DNA of 58,251 nucleotides, the filler included, from Sluysia triapertura (Eukaryota): the NCBI GenBank assembly GCA_046118255.1. It is 4 parts of 4 records of this genome, joined end to end, with 100 filler letters (N's around TTAATTAATTAA, not from the genome) between each part and the next. Parts side by side here need not be neighbours in the genome. Positions count along the whole stretch, not along the records: positions 47,078 to 58,251 come from JBJNIA010187867.1; 3 more parts are not named here. The stretch is one strand, 5' to 3'. The notes beneath the pieces were generated by a model. It did no database searches and was not told the DNA's origin. It saw nothing but the letters and a program-made list of their open reading frames with translations. The translations under genes and the position numbers were made by a program. Below are positions 54,951 through 58,251 of this stretch, piece after piece (position 1 is the stretch's first letter; every line of letters starts with the position of its first letter).

Positions 54951-56021
54951 TTAAACTGACGGCGAGTCTCCGGCTGGCGATAGTCTGGACACCGGACAGT
55001 ATAGCCAGGGAATCTCTTGGTGTGTCGTTGGTTGTTTTTCTGGAATACTACGATGTTCTGGAATAACCGATGATGCAGATATTGAAGTAGATGCTGTGGT
55101 CAACGTTTGGGAGTGACGCTTTCGTGAGATTGGTTCCGGTATTTTGATAGGAGTAGATGATTGAAAAGGAGTGGAAGGAGATGAAGATAAGAAAGAAGGA
55201 GGGAGCTCATTACAATGGGGAATAATCGACGCATCTTCTTCTTGAAAATGGTTTAATAAGGTAATCAGTTCAACTGCTATTTGTCTGCAAGAGAACTTAG
55301 GGCAGACTGGGTATATCATTTTTAGTGTTTGTCGTGCCTTGACAAAATCATCGAAAGTGGAATAAGATATCAGATTATGGTTTGAGAGGTTTATAATCCC
55401 TCTTAACCATCCAAAAGGAATTTTCAGGGACTTAATAACAAATTTTGGATTTAGGGAAACTAAAATCTTATTACGAAAATGGTTAAGGGTTTGACGCTGT
55501 CAATATCCTTAGCGTCTCTAAGATTTGCAGGGGAAATCAGTTGGGTATCCCTTAAGAAGTTCTTAATGCGGGCACCTCGTAAGTGAATTGTTTGCTTATC
55601 GGGGTGCAGGCGACACCTTAATTTGAGATTCGCTATTAAAGTCAAGGGCATAATGGTATGCCACAAAAATCAACCTGTCTTCATTCTCAGCAGATAAGGG
55701 GGAACGTGGGTAAAGGAAGTCCCATTGTTCCATGTCCAACATTCGCCGTATCAGACATGAATAAATTTTTAAGTGATGAATGGAATGGTGGAGGAATAAA
55801 AACGAAAAGTGAGGCGATTGAGGTTGGGAATTCCAGAGTCTCTATAAAAATCCCGCAGTCACGTGTTAAAGCGGAAAAGTGCAAGGACCTTCACTCTCAA
55901 TAAAAGAAGAGCACTGCCAACAGTCAAGGTTACCCTGATTAACCCTCGCGCCACAGCTAGGGTGTCTAAGCTATTTGGTGCATTTGACATTTCCCGCAAC
56001 GTTATATGTGGGTTTTCGGAC
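54951..56021 (-). pseudogene. GC-elevated decayed ORF with zinc-ribbon-like N-terminus and Ser/Pro-rich C-terminus
   Basis: One 357-codon frame with 8 internal stops; HPSCGARVNQGNLDCWQC; ends in ORF 54951-55319. Confidence 0.45.
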
Positions 56022-56578
56022 TTAAAGAAGAAAGATGTCTCCAAATTTAATGTTAGTCAGGAAAAAAGACGGGAAGATAAGTTTGAGCAATATTTATGGG
56101 CAGATATTTAAAAAGATTTAAGTTGGTTGATGATTCTTGTTTTTGGTTCTTGAGGATTGGTGTTTGATGAAATTCTGATAATAAAATTGTATATTTGAAA
56201 AAAGGAAAATACAAAAAAAATAATGAAAAAGTAATTTTTTCTTATAATTGTGACTTAGCACTATAATTAAATAATAATATTTATGAAATTACTATTAAGA
56301 CTTACAAGGTGACTACTGAGTAATTGTTAATTATTAATATTTACAAGATGGCTATTATAAGAAAAAGAAATGAAGTCAAAATATAGTAACTCAGTATAAC
56401 GTAGTAAAATTCTGTTATATTGTCATTTGTTATATTTTTCTGTAAATTAGTCTTGTTCAGTAGATTTAAATTCTTATCTATATTGTCCGAATAACTTACA
56501 GCCTTAGTGGGATATGTGATTCTTATTTTGTTTACCGTAGTAGTAGTGATGGCTGGTTTTGGACTAGGAGTAATTTGT

Positions 56579-57760
56579 CTAAAATTGGTACTCTATATTC
56601 TGGCCAAAATCCGAGTGTATTGTGAATTTCTTTATGACGTAGAATGCAAACCTGGATAAAAGTAAGATTTTTTCAAATGCAAAAAATAGATAAATATCAG
56701 TTTTAGGAAGTATTAGTGCATAATGCTGCTCTTTATCAAATAATTCATCAAAATCCTTTTTAGGTGGGTTCTTTTTGTTTACTTGGTAACAAATTAGTAT
56801 AACATTTTCCGTTAATGGGTTTGTTATTTTTACAAAATTATTTGTTTCCCTATATAGTAACATTGGAAATTTTATAGATATTGATAAATGATCATAAACA
56901 TAAGGTTTTGTTCTAATTCTATAATTGCGCATTGATATAATTTTTGAGTTTTGGTTTGGTTCAAATTTAATTTCTAAATCCAAAGTAATATTAAACAATT
57001 GAATTTCTACAAGTCCATAACACATCATTACCCGATGTCTGATATATTTACTAATGTCCAATCCATGTTTACACCAATTAACCAAGCAACAACTCATAGA
57101 GATATTGGTGATTTTGGGAATATTACTTTGTATATTTGCATACATAATTTGTCGAAGTGATTTAAATGTAATACGTAGTTTTATTATTATTGATTTTGTA
57201 TGTACGTTAATTATACATGTCATGCACATACATGCTATCATAACTGATAGTAAACTTGTTATCCTCCGTACATTAATTGTGAATAATTACCTGTTGCGTA
57301 TTTGTGGACAGGGGAAACCCTGGTCGTGGCTCAAGATTATTTTTTTGTGGAATAGTGTATCGATCATCGTCGTCATTATTTGGAGGTAAACAGGGATATC
57401 TACATCTGTTCGACACAAACATGATAATTACCAGTATAACTATTGATAGAGCAATGATGAATAATATTGCAGCAAAAATTAATATTAACAATGCTGGATC
57501 ATTTCTTAACATTTCTGATAATGATAGATATTTTCAGGTTCCTTTTAGTGCAAAATGTAGTTGTTCTAATTTCGCTTGGGCTAGCGATACTATGTCGCTC
57601 TTCGTTAGTCAAGAAATCGGTACATATGACAATGGGATTTACCAAATTATTAATATAATATTCCTTTACGTTCCAAGAACTAAAGTTAAGTCTAGCTGGT
57701 CAACCTTTAACTTAAAATTCAAAATAATCATTTCATTTGCAATATCACATTTTATATTTA
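56579..57760 (-). pseudogene. Intronless unknown ORFs (220 aa; single-pass membrane protein fragment)
   Basis: ORF 56579-57241 and ORF 57273-57512 (TM segment LLILIFAAILFIIALSIVILVIIMFV followed by NRCR); the latter frame extends upstream through a few stops. Confidence 0.4.
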
Positions 57761-58251
57761 CTTCTTCAGATCTATCAAAACCTTTTCAAATTTCAAAATA
57801 TTCTAAATTCACAATCTTACAACATCAAAACTATACTTACATTCAAACCATTAATGTACATTTCAAATATCATTTAAAATATTTTAACCCACAATTTCAC
57901 AACACTAAAATTACAATTCACATTTCCAACCACAAAATATACATTCCAGATTTTACCTAAAACACATCAAGTTCTCAATCCTTTCAAATTCAATCATTAA
58001 CCTCTTTGAAAAACATCAAACTCATACTTCAATTTCATTTTAATATTCTAACCAAATAGAACTTGGCTCAAATTATTTTACCTAATTCTTAAAAATTCTT
58101 GAAAATTAATGCTAAGAAAAGAATTGTATTACTAAAAATTTAATCTAAAAGAATTTCATTTGTAAAGAATTAAGGAAAAGAACTTTTAAGAAATAATTTA
58201 AAGAAAGAACTAGAAACAAAGTTTATGTATTTCATTTTGTTTTATCTTTAC

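Noticed and set aside
54951-56021. Alternative genetic code (TAA/TAG = Gln) to explain in-frame stops
   Set aside because: Host genes are open in the standard code and use CAA/CAG; relics also show TGA stops and frameshifts, so mutational decay is sufficient.

Overview
Very AT-rich eukaryotic (metazoan, most likely platyhelminth) genomic DNA. It consists of four contigs (1-13375, 13476-30441, 30542-46977, 47078-58251) joined by artificial 100-bp N44-TTAATTAATTAA-N44 linkers. Four spliced host genes can be read by eye: the 3' four exons of golgin GM130/GOLGA2 (-), a PBX/extradenticle TALE homeobox gene (-), the first six exons of a USP34-like deubiquitinase (-), and two exons (S3-S5) of a TRPM channel that matches the flatworm praziquantel target TRPM_PZQ clade (+). 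The remainder is mostly decayed mobile DNA: several Tc1/mariner relics, an L2/CR1 LINE 3' end, Gypsy gag and pol remnants, and a ~1-kb LTR-like repeat in four copies. The most unusual items are: (i) two copies of a ~150-bp TG...CA element with 4-bp target-site duplications that carries a whole tRNA-like gene plus terminator (tRNA-bearing solo LTR, Helenus-like); (ii) intronless chimeric, decaying ORFs built from host signalling modules (ubiquitin-like + internally deleted HECT that keeps its catalytic motif; CARD-like + nuclear-receptor zinc finger; LNX-type RING); (iii) recurrent G-free strand-skewed tracts and hairpins beside such ORF clusters, suggesting a large gene-capturing mobile or virus-like element. 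All family assignments come from motif recognition by eye; no searches were run.
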